Assembly (NCBI GenBank): GCA_965224705.1
Contig: OZ245056.1
Span: 2,176,001 to 2,240,000 of the forward strand
Source of the DNA: Spirochaetaceae bacterium
Lineage (GTDB): Bacteria > Spirochaetota > Spirochaetia > DSM-2461
Reading direction: 5' to 3'
DNA: 64,000 bases
Shown here: in pieces, positions 1 through 10,716 of the stretch
Numbering within the stretch: position 1 is the stretch's first letter
Layout: each line of letters starts with the position of its first letter
Made by a program: the position numbers and the translations under genes
The notes under the pieces: model-generated
What the model saw: only the letters and a program-made list of their open reading frames with translations
What the model was told of the DNA's origin: nothing
The model's database searches: none

Positions 1-8
1 GAGGAGTT

Positions 9-1277
9 TTGGTACATTTACACTACGCAGGGGCCGAATATTCCTACCGCTGGCGGCGCTATCTGGCGGCAATTCTCAGCATGGCCTTGGGTCTGGCTCT
101 CTTTTTGAGCTTACAGGCATACGCCAGTGCTTATCGACAGGCGGCGCGAGCACCGTTAACCCAAATAGGAGCCGATATTGCCGTTCAGCGGCAGGGAGAT
201 ATTCCTTTGGCGTTTGAGGGACCGGTATTTCCTCATTCAACCGCGCCCATTCATCCCGATGAAATATCCGCCATCAAAAAAATTCCCGGCGTTGTAAAGG
301 TTGGCCAGGCCGTTCTATTTTGGGACTTTGGTCCTGATCAGTTTTCAGTGGTACTGGGACTTGAACCGGCCTCTTCTGTGGACGAGGCCACCGGTCCGGC
401 GCGCCTGCAATCCGCCGTTGTGGAGGGACGGTTTCTGCTCTTGAATGAACGCGGCGCGGCGGCGGCGGATATAAGTTTTGCCCAGGAACACAATATCGGA
501 TTAGGGGATTCTCTTGGTATAGCCAATAAAACTTTTACCATCGTGGGATTGGTTGATACCAGTTATGCCGGACAAGTAGCCAATGCCAACCTTTACATTC
601 CCCTGGCCGATGCCCGCGATATCGCCAGTACGGCATCCAACGTGTTGTCCGTGCATGACTTTCGTCCAAATGATGCCAATATCCTGTTTGTTAAGGCCAA
701 TCAGGCGCGGGCCGAGCGGGTAACAGCCGCTATTGCCAGCTTACTCGGTGAGCAAGCATTGATTTCTTCAAGCCGCTCTTTCATTGAAGTTTTAGGAGCC
801 GGATTTGCGCTGATAGATCGGTTTAGCTGGCTTGTTGGATTGCTGGGAATGCTGATTGCCGTGGCGGGATACCTGCGTTCAGTCGCGGTTAGCCTGGGCG
901 AACGCGGCCGCGACATTGCCCTGATGCGCGCCCTGGGGTGGCAAAGACGCGATATTATGAGTCAAATAATAGCAGAAGTACTGATACTTTTCATCCTCGG
1001 CGCACTTGTGGGTATAGGATTATCCCTTATCGCCACCCTAATCCTGAGTCAGGGGGAGGTCAACATTCCTGTGCCATGGGAACTAAGCCCAACCCCTCAT
1101 TTTCTGCCCGGAGGTGCCGAGGAAATGGGATTGACCATTCCCCTTCCGGCTCGAATCCATGGATCAGCAATTCTTACATCTCTGGTATTAGCGTTCATTT
1201 CCTGTTTAGGTGTTGGCATTATGATGGTCAGGCAGGCTGCGAATAAAAAACCCGTGGAGGCATTAAAAAATGAGTGA
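9..1277 (+). CDS. ABC transporter permease, MacB/FtsX-like
   Basis: N-terminal TM, large periplasmic loop, C-terminal TMs with 'ERGRDIALMRALGW' FtsX-type motif; start uncertain. Confidence 0.85.
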   Translation: MVHLHYAGAEYSYRWRRYLAAILSMALGLALFLSLQAYASAYRQAARAPLTQIGADIAVQRQGDIPLAFEGPVFPHSTAPIHPDEISAIKKIPGVVKVGQAVLFWDFGPDQFSVVLGLEPASSVDEATGPARLQSAVVEGRFLLLNERGAAAADISFAQEHNIGLGDSLGIANKTFTIVGLVDTSYAGQVANANLYIPLADARDIASTASNVLSVHDFRPNDANILFVKANQARAERVTAAIASLLGEQALISSSRSFIEVLGAGFALIDRFSWLVGLLGMLIAVAGYLRSVAVSLGERGRDIALMRALGWQRRDIMSQIIAEVLILFILGALVGIGLSLIATLILSQGEVNIPVPWELSPTPHFLPGGAEEMGLTIPLPARIHGSAILTSLVLAFISCLGVGIMMVRQAANKKPVEALKNE

Positions 1278-1977
1278 GGTTCTACAAGCAAAAAATCTGT
1301 ATAAAACATTTGCTAACATTACCGCTGTGCGGGATGTTTCCGTGGATATTTATCCTGCTGATTTTTTGGCCATCACCGGAAAATCAGGATCCGGCAAAAC
1401 AACGGCCCTTCATCTTCTGGCTGGTCTGGATAAACCCTCTTCGGGGCAGATTCTGTTTCAGAGCCAGGACATCAGCGGTTTCAGCGAAGATGAACTGGCT
1501 CTCTGGCGTCGGGAACATGTGGGCCTGGTGTTTCAGGCCTTCCATCTTATTCCGGCCCTCTCCGCTCTGGAAAACGCGGCTTTTCCGCTTTATCCAACGG
1601 CTAAAACAACTCATCAGCGGTATCAGTTGGCAAGGGAGCGCCTGCAGCAGGTGGGCCTTGGGCTTCGCCTTCATCATCGTCCCGGCAAACTTAGCGGCGG
1701 CGAACAGCAGAGGGTGGCCATCGCGCGGGCATTGATCAACAATCCCGGAATCATACTGGCCGACGAACCAACCGGGAATCTGGACAGCGAAACAGGAGAA
1801 GGGGTCATCAAGCTGCTGCAGAAACTCAATCAGGAAGAAAAAGTGGCCATCGTTATAATAACCCATGATTCGGAAGTGGCCGCCGCTGCGAAACGGGTTG
1901 TGGAAATGAAAGACGGCGGTCTTGTCGGGCCGTCAAATGGAAAAAAAGCATTGGAGGATAAAAATGAACAAGTTTAA
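1270..1977 (+). CDS. ABC transporter ATP-binding protein (LolD/MacB-like)
   Basis: Walker [35 protein letters not shown]. Confidence 0.92.
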   Translation: MSEVLQAKNLYKTFANITAVRDVSVDIYPADFLAITGKSGSGKTTALHLLAGLDKPSSGQILFQSQDISGFSEDELALWRREHVGLVFQAFHLIPALSALENAAFPLYPTAKTTHQRYQLARERLQQVGLGLRLHHRPGKLSGGEQQRVAIARALINNPGIILADEPTGNLDSETGEGVIKLLQKLNQEEKVAIVIITHDSEVAAAAKRVVEMKDGGLVGPSNGKKALEDKNEQV

Positions 1978-2389
1978 ATACCTGGTATTGATCACCCTGA
2001 TTATCGCGGTCGGGCATAGTCCGATCATGGCACTTCCCGGCGTTTCATCGAAAACAGCAACAGTGGAAATTCTTTATCTTAACCACTGGCCGGTGAAAAA
2101 AGTTCTGAACGATGTAGACAAGATACTCCTTGACTACGGGAAACGTCTTAATATTATCCGCTATGACTATGACACGCCGGAAGGAAAGAAATTCGTTCGG
2201 AAACGAAAACTGCATGGGCATGTGCCTTTGGCCATATTTATCAACGATTCAATGGAATTCAAAATAAAGAATCAAAAAGTTAAGTTCTACAGCTTCCCCC
2301 AAGGGCAGGGAACACCACTGGCTGCTGATGGAGGATGGACAATGGAAGACCTAAAACAAGTTCTAGAACAGGTTTTAGCCGAAAAATGA
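1964..2389 (+). CDS. exported thioredoxin-fold-like hypothetical protein
   Basis: GGAGG RBS then ATG 1964; signal peptide; operonic overlap with neighbours. Confidence 0.6.
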   Translation: MNKFKYLVLITLIIAVGHSPIMALPGVSSKTATVEILYLNHWPVKKVLNDVDKILLDYGKRLNIIRYDYDTPEGKKFVRKRKLHGHVPLAIFINDSMEFKIKNQKVKFYSFPQGQGTPLAADGGWTMEDLKQVLEQVLAEK

Positions 2390-3603
2390 CACGCTCCTGT
2401 GCTCTCGCGCAGTTCCTCTATCGGCCGGCAAGAACACTGGGCGTGATCGGGGCAGTTAGTCTGGGCGCGGCACTGTTTGTTGCCCTGACCGCCCTTGGAA
2501 ATGGATTCCGCCGAGCCGCAGAAGCTCCTTTGGCGGATGTGGCTGCGGATTTACTGGTGACCCGCCCGCTAGCCGATGAAAAAGCCGCCGCGCAAACAAC
2601 ACGAGGAATAAGGCTGCCCTTTGGTTCCGGTCTATTTCGACCGGATGAAGCGGCGCAAATCCAATCTGTTGACGGAGTCGCCGATCTGGCCGCCGTACTG
2701 GAAATATGGGACTTCGGTGCCAGTCGGTATCAGGTTATTCAGGGAATTCCCCCCGGTCAAAACCATATAGGGCCAGGGTACGCGCTGCAGAGCGAATTGG
2801 TCGCCGGGCGTATTTTTCGAGAAGATGAAACAGCGGCCGCTGTGGCGGACCGGCATTATGCGGCTCTTTTGGGTTTGAAACCAGGCTCGGAAGTAGGTAT
2901 TGGCAGCAGCCGTTTTCAAATAGTGGGTATTGTTGATCAGCAGGGAAAAAATCAGGCTGCGGCCGCCAATTTATACATTCCCCTGATAGAAGCACAGAGA
3001 TTGGTCAATATAAAGAGCCAGCAAGTCAATCAGCTATACATTCGTGTTAACAATGCTAGCCGGATTGATGCTATTGCCGCCGAACTCACTGAGCAATTGG
3101 GAACAATCAGTGTAATCAGCCAAAACAGCATTTTGCAAGTGATGGGTGGAATGGCCCGTATTTCGGCGAAATTTTCTCATCTGGCCGGATGGGTGGGAAT
3201 GATTGGCGGCAGCCTTCTGGTCTGGACGGCTCTTGCCGGACTGCTTGCCGAGCGGCGGAGGGACATCGGAATCATGAAGGCCACAGGCTGGACAGGGGGG
3301 GATATAATTCGAGTTTTTATGGCTGAGTTTTTTCTGATGGGACTCATTGGGGCCTCGCTTGGCCTCGTTCTTGGCCTGTTTTGGGCGGATCTGTTGGGAA
3401 ATTTACCGGTTCCAAATACTTCCGTGACTGAAACACTCCCCGGTCTGACGTTTGAGGCGGATGCATTGGTTGAAACACTGCCGACAACAGTGCCGCCGGG
3501 TACTCTTCTCCTCTCCCTGTGTGTGGCCGTTTTCAACGTGCTGCTGACTGGATGGCTTTCCCTTCGTCAGGCCGTCAGAATGAACCTAATTGATATGAAG
3601 TAG
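2386..3603 (+). CDS. ABC transporter permease, MacB/FtsX-like
   Basis: Paralogue of 9..1277; 'ERRRDIGIMKATGW' motif. Confidence 0.85.
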   Translation: MTRSCALAQFLYRPARTLGVIGAVSLGAALFVALTALGNGFRRAAEAPLADVAADLLVTRPLADEKAAAQTTRGIRLPFGSGLFRPDEAAQIQSVDGVADLAAVLEIWDFGASRYQVIQGIPPGQNHIGPGYALQSELVAGRIFREDETAAAVADRHYAALLGLKPGSEVGIGSSRFQIVGIVDQQGKNQAAAANLYIPLIEAQRLVNIKSQQVNQLYIRVNNASRIDAIAAELTEQLGTISVISQNSILQVMGGMARISAKFSHLAGWVGMIGGSLLVWTALAGLLAERRRDIGIMKATGWTGGDIIRVFMAEFFLMGLIGASLGLVLGLFWADLLGNLPVPNTSVTETLPGLTFEADALVETLPTTVPPGTLLLSLCVAVFNVLLTGWLSLRQAVRMNLIDMK

Positions 3604-3709
3604 TTGTTCGTTGTTGTATTAAGGGGAAGCTCTAAACGTTTTTAGAGCTCCCCTACAGGGTAAAGAGGAGCGATTTGTTTTTCATTTTACCCCGGTGCAT
3701 TCCTCCTGG

Positions 3710-3990
3710 TTAAATCTCGCCGTGGAAGAACGAATACGCAGACAAATCTGGAGAAGCAAAGAAGAATTGGAGAAAGCGATTATAGCTGGTTATCCGTACA
3801 AAATGAGTCAGAATCACACTTTTTTCCTTCCGTGAGGCTTTTCTATACCGTACAGCCTCATCTCTTGTTAATTCCCGTCTGGTTTTCATTGTCAACCTCA
3901 TAACTCGACCTCTTACCTCAAAGGTCGTTCGAGTAGATTTTAGTTATGAGGCAACCACACACTTTCGAGTAGATTAATTATGAGACAATT
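3710..3990 (-). mobile_element. IS remnant (integrase-core type transposase N-terminus) with terminal direct repeats
   Basis: Truncated ORF MRLTMKTRRELT..RYRKASRKEKSVIL..; two copies of TCGAGTAGATT..TTATGAG(G/A)CAA at ~3929 and ~3965. Confidence 0.55.
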
Positions 3991-4033
3991 CGAGTCCTTT
4001 TCAATACTCCCGGAATACTGTATCCTTTCCCAC

Positions 4034-4615
4034 ATGGGATTACCAACAAGGAAAGATGCATTAGCACTCTTAAGAACTTATACTAAATCCGAGAATCTGA
4101 TTAATCATGCAAAGGCTGTGGAAGCCGTCATGAGGTTCTATGCTGAGAAGCATGGAGAGGATCCAGACAAATGGGGACTTATCGGATTAGTTCACGATCT
4201 GGACTGGGAGCAGTTCCCTGAGGAACATTGTGATCGGACAGGTTCAATTCTACGTGATGAGGGATGGCCTGAGGATTGGATTCGTTCGATCCGCAGCCAT
4301 GCCTGGGAAATGTTTACCAGCGAAAAACCAGAATCACAGATGGAAAAAGTTCTCTACACTATTGATGAACTGACTGGACTCATCCATGCGACGGCACTTG
4401 TTCGTCCTTCCAGGAGTATTCTTGACATGAAAATCAAGTCGATTAAGAAGAAGTGGAAGGAACGATCCTTTGCGGCGGGAGCCGATCGCGATCTCATCAC
4501 CAGGGGGGCAGAAATGCTGAATGAGCCACTTGATGATGTTATTACAAACACATTGACTGGTATGCAGATGGTTGCGAAGGAAATTGGATTGGCGGGGAGT
4601 GTTGACAGTGCATAG
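4034..4615 (+). CDS. HD/HDIG domain hydrolase
   Basis: H..AV..VM, GLVHDLD, IRSH, DELTGLI motifs. Confidence 0.85.
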   Translation: MGLPTRKDALALLRTYTKSENLINHAKAVEAVMRFYAEKHGEDPDKWGLIGLVHDLDWEQFPEEHCDRTGSILRDEGWPEDWIRSIRSHAWEMFTSEKPESQMEKVLYTIDELTGLIHATALVRPSRSILDMKIKSIKKKWKERSFAAGADRDLITRGAEMLNEPLDDVITNTLTGMQMVAKEIGLAGSVDSA

Positions 4616-4861
4616 AGAGGAACCTGTGAAGTTCCTCGTGCGACCCTGTAAGTGAAGCTGTGATGTGAAATTGAATGTTCAAATAGAGGCATGAAAAGAT
4701 CTTCTATTATGGGATTTACAATGTGTTCATCGAATTCAACGGCTTCGTATCCATAGTTCCTTCCCATCCAGAACAGTTTTCAATGGGGGAAAATGCGATG
4801 CTTCACCTTCTTCTGAAAACATGATACAATTCCTGAAAGCTATACAAAAGGGAACCAGAGC

Positions 4862-5857
4862 ATGACCTTCAGCGAAAAAATGATAGAAAAAGCATGTACA
4901 ATGGGCAGTACCCTTGTTCTTCCTGAAAGCACGGAACCGCGAACATTAAACGCCGCCCGGATCATCATTGATAAAAAAATTGCCGGGACTGTTTACCTTG
5001 TCGGTGATGCTGATGCTGTAGAACAAGCCGCCAACAGTGCCGGAGTGAGTACAGATGGCTTTTCCATTGTCAACCCGGGGACGGCTGACAAACTGGGATT
5101 CTACGCCAGAGAATACCATGCTTTGAGGAAACACAAGGGGCTGAGTTCAGATGAAGCTCGGGAAAAAATCATGGATCCGATCAACTGGGGGGCCATGATG
5201 GTTGCACAGGGGGATGCCGATGCTCTGGTGGCCGGAGCAGAGAGTGCCACAGCGAAAGTATTGGTTGCCGGTTTTACAATTATTAAAACAGCACCGGGAG
5301 TGCGTTCGGCATCATCGTGTTTTGTTATGGATTTCCCGGACAAACAGAGGGGTGAACATGGTTTGTTTATTTTTTCGGACTGTGCCACTATCCCGGAACC
5401 CACAGTCGATCAATTAGTAGAAATCACTCTGGCCGCAGCATTATCCTGCCGTACTTATCTTCAAACCGAACCCAGAGTCGCCATGCTTTCCTTTTCCACG
5501 AAAGGATCAGCATCACACCCTCTGGTTGACAGAGTTCTCAATGCGTTAGAACTTGTACGTCAGAGAGAGCCGGATTTGATTGTTGATGGGGAATTGCAGC
5601 TGGATGCCGCAATCGTTCCTTCTGTTGGTGAGAAAAAGGCGCCCGGTTCACCTGTTGCAGGGCGGGCAAACACCCTCATTTTCCCAGATCTTCAATCCGG
5701 AAACATTGGCTACAAACTTGCTCAACAGTTTTCAGGAGCTGGTGCCTATGGTCCATTTCTTCAGGGATTCAATAAACCAGTCAGTGATCTTTCCAGAGGT
5801 GCCTCTGTTGATGACATTGTCAATACCTGTGCTGTCACTCTGGTCCAGGTGAAGTAA
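4862..5857 (+). CDS. pta: phosphate acetyltransferase
   Basis: VAMLSFSTKGSA, DGELQLDAA, FPDLQSGNIGYK, SDLSRG. Confidence 0.95.
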   Translation: MTFSEKMIEKACTMGSTLVLPESTEPRTLNAARIIIDKKIAGTVYLVGDADAVEQAANSAGVSTDGFSIVNPGTADKLGFYAREYHALRKHKGLSSDEAREKIMDPINWGAMMVAQGDADALVAGAESATAKVLVAGFTIIKTAPGVRSASSCFVMDFPDKQRGEHGLFIFSDCATIPEPTVDQLVEITLAAALSCRTYLQTEPRVAMLSFSTKGSASHPLVDRVLNALELVRQREPDLIVDGELQLDAAIVPSVGEKKAPGSPVAGRANTLIFPDLQSGNIGYKLAQQFSGAGAYGPFLQGFNKPVSDLSRGASVDDIVNTCAVTLVQVK

Positions 5858-5858
5858 G

Positions 5859-6614
5859 ATGAAAGTTGTAATTACAGGCTATGGACGAATGGGAAAAATG
5901 GTTGAGGAGCATCTCAATAGGCGAGGGCATTCTGTGCTGCAGCGAGTGGATTCTGCTGGTTCAGGTGATGTTGAAAGGCTGACGAGTTCTGTCCTTGAAG
6001 GAGCCGATGGTGTTATTGAGTTTGCTCTGGCCGGGGGGATGGCAGACCGATTGGAAGTCTATGCCGCTTCCGGCTTGCCCGTTGTTATCGGTACTACTGG
6101 CTGGGACAGCCTGGCTGACAGGGCCAGATCTCTCTATGAGAATAATTCTGGTGCCCTGCTGCAGGGATCTAACTTCTCAATAGGTGCCCATATCTTTTTT
6201 CACTTAACAGCTGCTGCCGCCAGACTTATTAACAGGCTGGAGGAATATGATGTTTCCCTGACTGAGTACCACCACAGAGGTAAGGCCGATTATCCATCAG
6301 GAACCGCCATTACGGCGGCTCAAGGTGTACTGACAGAACTGGACAGGAAGAATAGAATAATGAAGGATTTACCGGATGGTCCTATTCCCGGAGATGCCAT
6401 CCAGGTTGCAGCTGTCCGTGTTGGATCTGTTCCTGGTATACATGAGATGAGGATGGATTCTTCATCTGATTTCCTCACAATTGAACATCAGGCTCGCCAG
6501 CGTGGAGGATTTGCTTCAGGTGCGGTTCTTGGTTTAGAATGGCTGAGGAATAAAACTGGTTGGCATGGAGCCGATGAATTCTTTAAAGATTTTCTGAAAG
6601 GACCACCTCTGTAA
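5859..6614 (+). CDS. dapB: 4-hydroxy-tetrahydrodipicolinate reductase
   Basis: GYGRMG, VIGTTGW, NFSIG, EYHHRGKADYPSGTA. Confidence 0.93.
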   Translation: MKVVITGYGRMGKMVEEHLNRRGHSVLQRVDSAGSGDVERLTSSVLEGADGVIEFALAGGMADRLEVYAASGLPVVIGTTGWDSLADRARSLYENNSGALLQGSNFSIGAHIFFHLTAAAARLINRLEEYDVSLTEYHHRGKADYPSGTAITAAQGVLTELDRKNRIMKDLPDGPIPGDAIQVAAVRVGSVPGIHEMRMDSSSDFLTIEHQARQRGGFASGAVLGLEWLRNKTGWHGADEFFKDFLKGPPL

Positions 6615-6706
6615 AACGGTCATGGTGATCCGGAGAAGAGATTGTTGCTGATACATGACAGTTCCGGAATGGAAGTTTTTTCAGAGATGCTTGATGTAAC
6701 AGGAGG

Positions 6707-7588
6707 ATGGAAATGTATTCAGGTGTTTTAACGGCGTTGGTAACACCCTTTAGAAAAGATGGCTCAATAGATGGCGAAGCTCTTGACCGTTTAATTGACT
6801 TCCAGATTGATAACGGTGTCAATGCTCTGGTTCCAATGGGAACCACAGGTGAGAGCCCGACAGTGAGTCATGAAGAGAATCTGGCTGTTGTGGAACGTGT
6901 ACTCCGCAAAGCTGATGGCAGGATTCCTGTCATTGCAGGAACGGGATCAAACAGTACCGATGAAGCAATTCGCATGACGAGAATCGCAAAGAATCTTGGG
7001 GCGAGTGCCAGCCTGCAAGTTGCTCCTTATTACAACAAACCAACACAGGAAGGACTTTTCCGGCACTATACTGCTATCGCTGATGCTATTGATTTACCTC
7101 TCGTTGTTTACAATATAAAAGGTAGGACAGGGGTCAACATCGAAACCTCAACACTATTAAGAATTGCTGCTCACCCGAATGTTGTTGCTGTCAAGGAGGC
7201 TTCTGGGGAACTGAGTCAGATGATGGATGTGCTGGAATCCAAACCTGGGAACTTTGCTGTTTTTTCAGGTGATGACAACATGGCCCTCCCCCTTACGTTG
7301 ATGGGAGGTGATGGTGTTATTTCCGTTGCATCGAACATTATCCCCAGGCAGATGAGTGAAATGATCAATGCCGCAATCAACGGTAAACTGGCTCAAGCCA
7401 GATCCATGCATTTTGAATTGCTCCCTCTCTTCAAAGCCATGTTTCTGGAAACAAACCCCATTCCAGTGAAGTATTGTCTTTCAAAGATGGGCATGATAGA
7501 ACCTATCTGGAGGCTTCCCCTCTGCCCTCCCATACATGATACAGTCAAGGAGCTTGATCGGATGCTGAAAAACATGAACCTGGGTTAA
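6707..7588 (+). CDS. dapA: 4-hydroxy-tetrahydrodipicolinate synthase
   Basis: GTTGES, PYYNKP, VKEASG, ETNPIPVK. Confidence 0.95.
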   Translation: MEMYSGVLTALVTPFRKDGSIDGEALDRLIDFQIDNGVNALVPMGTTGESPTVSHEENLAVVERVLRKADGRIPVIAGTGSNSTDEAIRMTRIAKNLGASASLQVAPYYNKPTQEGLFRHYTAIADAIDLPLVVYNIKGRTGVNIETSTLLRIAAHPNVVAVKEASGELSQMMDVLESKPGNFAVFSGDDNMALPLTLMGGDGVISVASNIIPRQMSEMINAAINGKLAQARSMHFELLPLFKAMFLETNPIPVKYCLSKMGMIEPIWRLPLCPPIHDTVKELDRMLKNMNLG

Positions 7589-7755
7589 CCGGCTTGTCGT
7601 CCGCCTCGTCAGGCCAACCTGTGCAGTATCATATTCACAAACCCCAATATATCCAGGGCAGGCAGCATTCTTCTTACAGAAATGCTGGAATAAGCAGCCA
7701 GAAAGTATTGCATGTCAACAACCCGAAAATTGTCCGTCACTCAATGTGCACCATA

Positions 7756-7810
7756 GGAGTCTGTCGGACTTTAAGACTTCGAGCCGTGAGGCGTAAGTCC
7801 GACAGACTCA
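7756..7810. mobile_element. MITE family A, internally deleted 55-bp copy
   Basis: TA|GGAGTCTGTCGGACTT...AAGTCCGACAGACTCA|TA; deletion between two TCGAG microhomologies of the 163-bp form. Confidence 0.8.
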
Positions 7811-7946
7811 TAGAATACTGCCGGTAAGGGGTTCTTAACGGATTCAGATGTGACGGTCCCGGGTATAGACATGATAATGATATTTCCTGTACATTTTTCA
7901 GTGCAGTGATGATTGCAATTCATTCCATGTTTTCTAAGGAGGAAAA

Positions 7947-8468
7947 TTGGGCGTAAAAGATATGCGGATCAATGAAGTTATTCGCGTTCCTGAAGTTAGA
8001 CTCATAAATCAGAATGGAGAACAGGCGGGTATTGTACCTGTTGCTGATGCCCTGGATATGGCCAGAGATCTGGGATTAGATCTGGTGGAGGTTTCACCAC
8101 AGGCGAAGCCGCCAGTTTGCAAAATACTGGATTATGGCAAGTACAAATACGAACTGGAAAAGAAATCCAGGGATCAGAAGAAGAAATCAAGTCAGGTGAA
8201 ACTGAAAGAAGTTCGTATGCAGCCTAAAATTGAGCAGCATGACATGGCGTTCAAGGCAAAGCATGTTCAAGAGTTCCTGGATCAGGGAAACAACGTCAAA
8301 GTAACTATCCGCTTTAGAGGACGTGAATTTGTACATACGGAGTTGGGTAAGAATAAACTTGATAGAATACTGGAAATCCTTAATGATGATTCATTTAAGG
8401 TCGACAGTCCTCCACGAATGGAGGGCCGTTTCATGAATATGATGCTCAGCCCGAAGTCAAAAAAATAG
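7947..8468 (+). CDS. infC: translation initiation factor IF-3
   Basis: [28 protein letters not shown]; non-ATG (TTG) start after AGGAGG. Confidence 0.97.
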   Translation: MGVKDMRINEVIRVPEVRLINQNGEQAGIVPVADALDMARDLGLDLVEVSPQAKPPVCKILDYGKYKYELEKKSRDQKKKSSQVKLKEVRMQPKIEQHDMAFKAKHVQEFLDQGNNVKVTIRFRGREFVHTELGKNKLDRILEILNDDSFKVDSPPRMEGRFMNMMLSPKSKK

Positions 8469-8506
8469 GCTGACAGAGTTGAGCTGAAGGAGAACAGGGT
8501 AAACAC

Positions 8507-8704
8507 ATGCCTAAATTTAAAACAAGAAAAAGTGCCGCCAGGCGTTTTAAGAAAACAGCTACCGGGAAGTTTAAGTATAAGAGTCAGGGTACTCGTCACA
8601 TCCTTACCAAGAAATCCCCGAAAAGGAAGCGGAATCTCAGACACAGGGTCGTTGTCAGTCAAACAGAAGTGCCTCGCTTGAAACGTATGCTGACCTACAT
8701 GTAA
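8507..8704 (+). CDS. rpmI: 50S ribosomal protein L35
   Basis: MPKFKT..SAARRFK..HILTKK; infC-rpmI-rplT synteny. Confidence 0.97.
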   Translation: MPKFKTRKSAARRFKKTATGKFKYKSQGTRHILTKKSPKRKRNLRHRVVVSQTEVPRLKRMLTYM

Positions 8705-8728
8705 AAAACAGATATTCAGGAGATAATT

Positions 8729-9085
8729 ATGCCAAGAGCAATTGACGGCACTCGCCGCAAAAACCGCCGAAAGAAAATACTTGACCAGGCAAAGGGTTAT
8801 TGGGGAAGACGCAGTAAACTCATGCGTACAGCAAAGGATGCAGTACGCAAAGCCGGTCAATATGCATACCGGGACCGCAAAGTTCGAAAGCGGGAATTCA
8901 GACGGTTATGGATTGCCCGGATTTCTGCTGCCACCCGAAGTGAAGGACTTTCGTATTCTCTGTTCATGAATGGTTTAAGTAAAGCTGGTATTGTGCTGAA
9001 CAGAAAAACTTTGTCAAATATGGCCATTGAGAGTCCGAGTTCATTTAAAGCCCTGGTGGAAACAGCCAGGAAAAGTCTCGAATAA
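8729..9085 (+). CDS. rplT: 50S ribosomal protein L20
   Basis: AKGYWG, YAYRDRK.RKREFRRLWIARI. Confidence 0.98.
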   Translation: MPRAIDGTRRKNRRKKILDQAKGYWGRRSKLMRTAKDAVRKAGQYAYRDRKVRKREFRRLWIARISAATRSEGLSYSLFMNGLSKAGIVLNRKTLSNMAIESPSSFKALVETARKSLE

Positions 9086-9098
9086 CAGGAGGAAGACC

Positions 9099-9503
9099 AT
9101 GATCAGTCTGGATCAAGTTCGACAATTGGAAACACGCATAAAAAAAATAGTTGATTTTGTAAAAGCATTGAGTGCGGAAAATGAGACGAATAAACGGCGG
9201 GTGGAGGAACTTGAAGCTGATTTGGATAAGCTGCGCAGTGAAGCGATGAAGCATCAGGCCGATGAGGAAAAGCTGGAGGCCAGCTTCCAGGGAGTCATTA
9301 ACATACTGGATGAGGTTGAAGAAACGACAGCAGGATTCGAGTCTCCAGTATCCGATGAAGAAGATACTGCAAATAATCTGCCGGAACCTGTGCTCGAAGA
9401 AACAGAAAAAACACCATTGGAATCTGATACTGAACAGATTTCAGAGGAAATTGCTGAAAACACAGGTGAAGATGATGAACAGTCCATGTTTGATATATTC
9501 TGA
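9099..9503 (+). CDS. cell division ZapB-like coiled-coil protein
   Basis: MISLDQVRQLE coiled coil, acidic tail, upstream of zapA; AGGAGG RBS. Confidence 0.7.
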   Translation: MISLDQVRQLETRIKKIVDFVKALSAENETNKRRVEELEADLDKLRSEAMKHQADEEKLEASFQGVINILDEVEETTAGFESPVSDEEDTANNLPEPVLEETEKTPLESDTEQISEEIAENTGEDDEQSMFDIF

Positions 9504-9814
9504 TGGCTGGTATAAATCAACTCACAATAAAACTGCTTGGAACTTCTATCTCCATTCGGTCCCGTGAAGAACAGGATTATCTTAACCGGGTCTTACAGTA
9601 TCTTGAGAATAAGGTGGAAGAGACGAAAAAGCAGGTCAAAATAGACGATCCGCTTAAAATTGCCATTCTTACAAATGTATATATTATCGATGAATTGTTT
9701 CGAGCTGAGGGTCAGGATGATCATGACTCTTCAATCCCGGAGACTGAGTCAGAAGAGATGGAGCGTATCACATTAAAAATGATAACAGATATTGATGAGT
9801 TGATCGGAATGTAG
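9503..9814 (+). CDS. zapA: cell division protein ZapA
   Basis: I.LLG....I.S.E...YL, KIAILT pattern. Confidence 0.8.
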   Translation: MAGINQLTIKLLGTSISIRSREEQDYLNRVLQYLENKVEETKKQVKIDDPLKIAILTNVYIIDELFRAEGQDDHDSSIPETESEEMERITLKMITDIDELIGM

Positions 9815-9862
9815 CCGCCATTGTGATTGACTAAACTCAAATCAATCCTTACATTGTTTTAA

Positions 9863-10672
9863 ATGCCATATCTTTCGAACAGTAGAAATATCAACGAATT
9901 TTATGAATCATACAAGAATATCGAGATATCCTTCACAAAAAATATCTATGAATCTCTTAAACTGGTCCATAATCAGATTTCTCTTAAGACCAAAGAAGGA
10001 CATAAATCCTGTATCCTGTATTCTTCCTCCTGTAGTGGTGCCAAGGTAATTCTTTCAATGTCAAATGATATGGTCCGGTATTTAAGGCGGCATAAAACGG
10101 TTTCGCTGCGGTACAGCTTCTATAAAGACTTCTCTAAAAATGACTTTTTCAGCTTCTTTGTTTCATGCAGTATTACTGACATCACTCAGTATGAAAACAA
10201 GACGGGATTTTACTTTGTTCAACTAGTGTTTACTCAGAGACCGCCAGATGATCTTATTCTGATCCTGGGCAGCCTGCTTGATGCAAAGAAGAATTCATCG
10301 AAAAGACGTGAAGAACGCATAATACTTGATCCTGAAGCATTAAGGCATTTAGAATTGACTACAAATCGTATCACCATTGTTATCGATGGTATCCCTCGGA
10401 ACTGTATATTAAGGGATCTATCATTTGGGGGTGTAAAGGCTATTATTCTCGGCAATCCCAAATATCTCATTGACAAGGAAGCTGTCGTTAATCTGACACT
10501 GACCAATAAATCTCCTATTTCAGTTAAAGGCAGGGTACTTCGTCATGAGCCAGTTGTTGGCCGGAGGGATCTTGTGGCGATTGTTGTACAGTTCAGCGAA
10601 GAAAATCTCTCCTTAGAATACAATATGATGATCAATGAATATCTTACCAGCTTTGGCAAGAAATCGAATTAG
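9863..10672 (+). CDS. PilZ-domain c-di-GMP receptor (spirochaete PlzA-like)
   Basis: RREERI (RxxxR) and DLSFGG (DxSxxG) motifs. Confidence 0.85.
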   Translation: MPYLSNSRNINEFYESYKNIEISFTKNIYESLKLVHNQISLKTKEGHKSCILYSSSCSGAKVILSMSNDMVRYLRRHKTVSLRYSFYKDFSKNDFFSFFVSCSITDITQYENKTGFYFVQLVFTQRPPDDLILILGSLLDAKKNSSKRREERIILDPEALRHLELTTNRITIVIDGIPRNCILRDLSFGGVKAIILGNPKYLIDKEAVVNLTLTNKSPISVKGRVLRHEPVVGRRDLVAIVVQFSEENLSLEYNMMINEYLTSFGKKSN

Positions 10673-10716
10673 ACTACGCATGACAGGTTGAAAACAAATG
10701 TTCATTCAGAATAAAT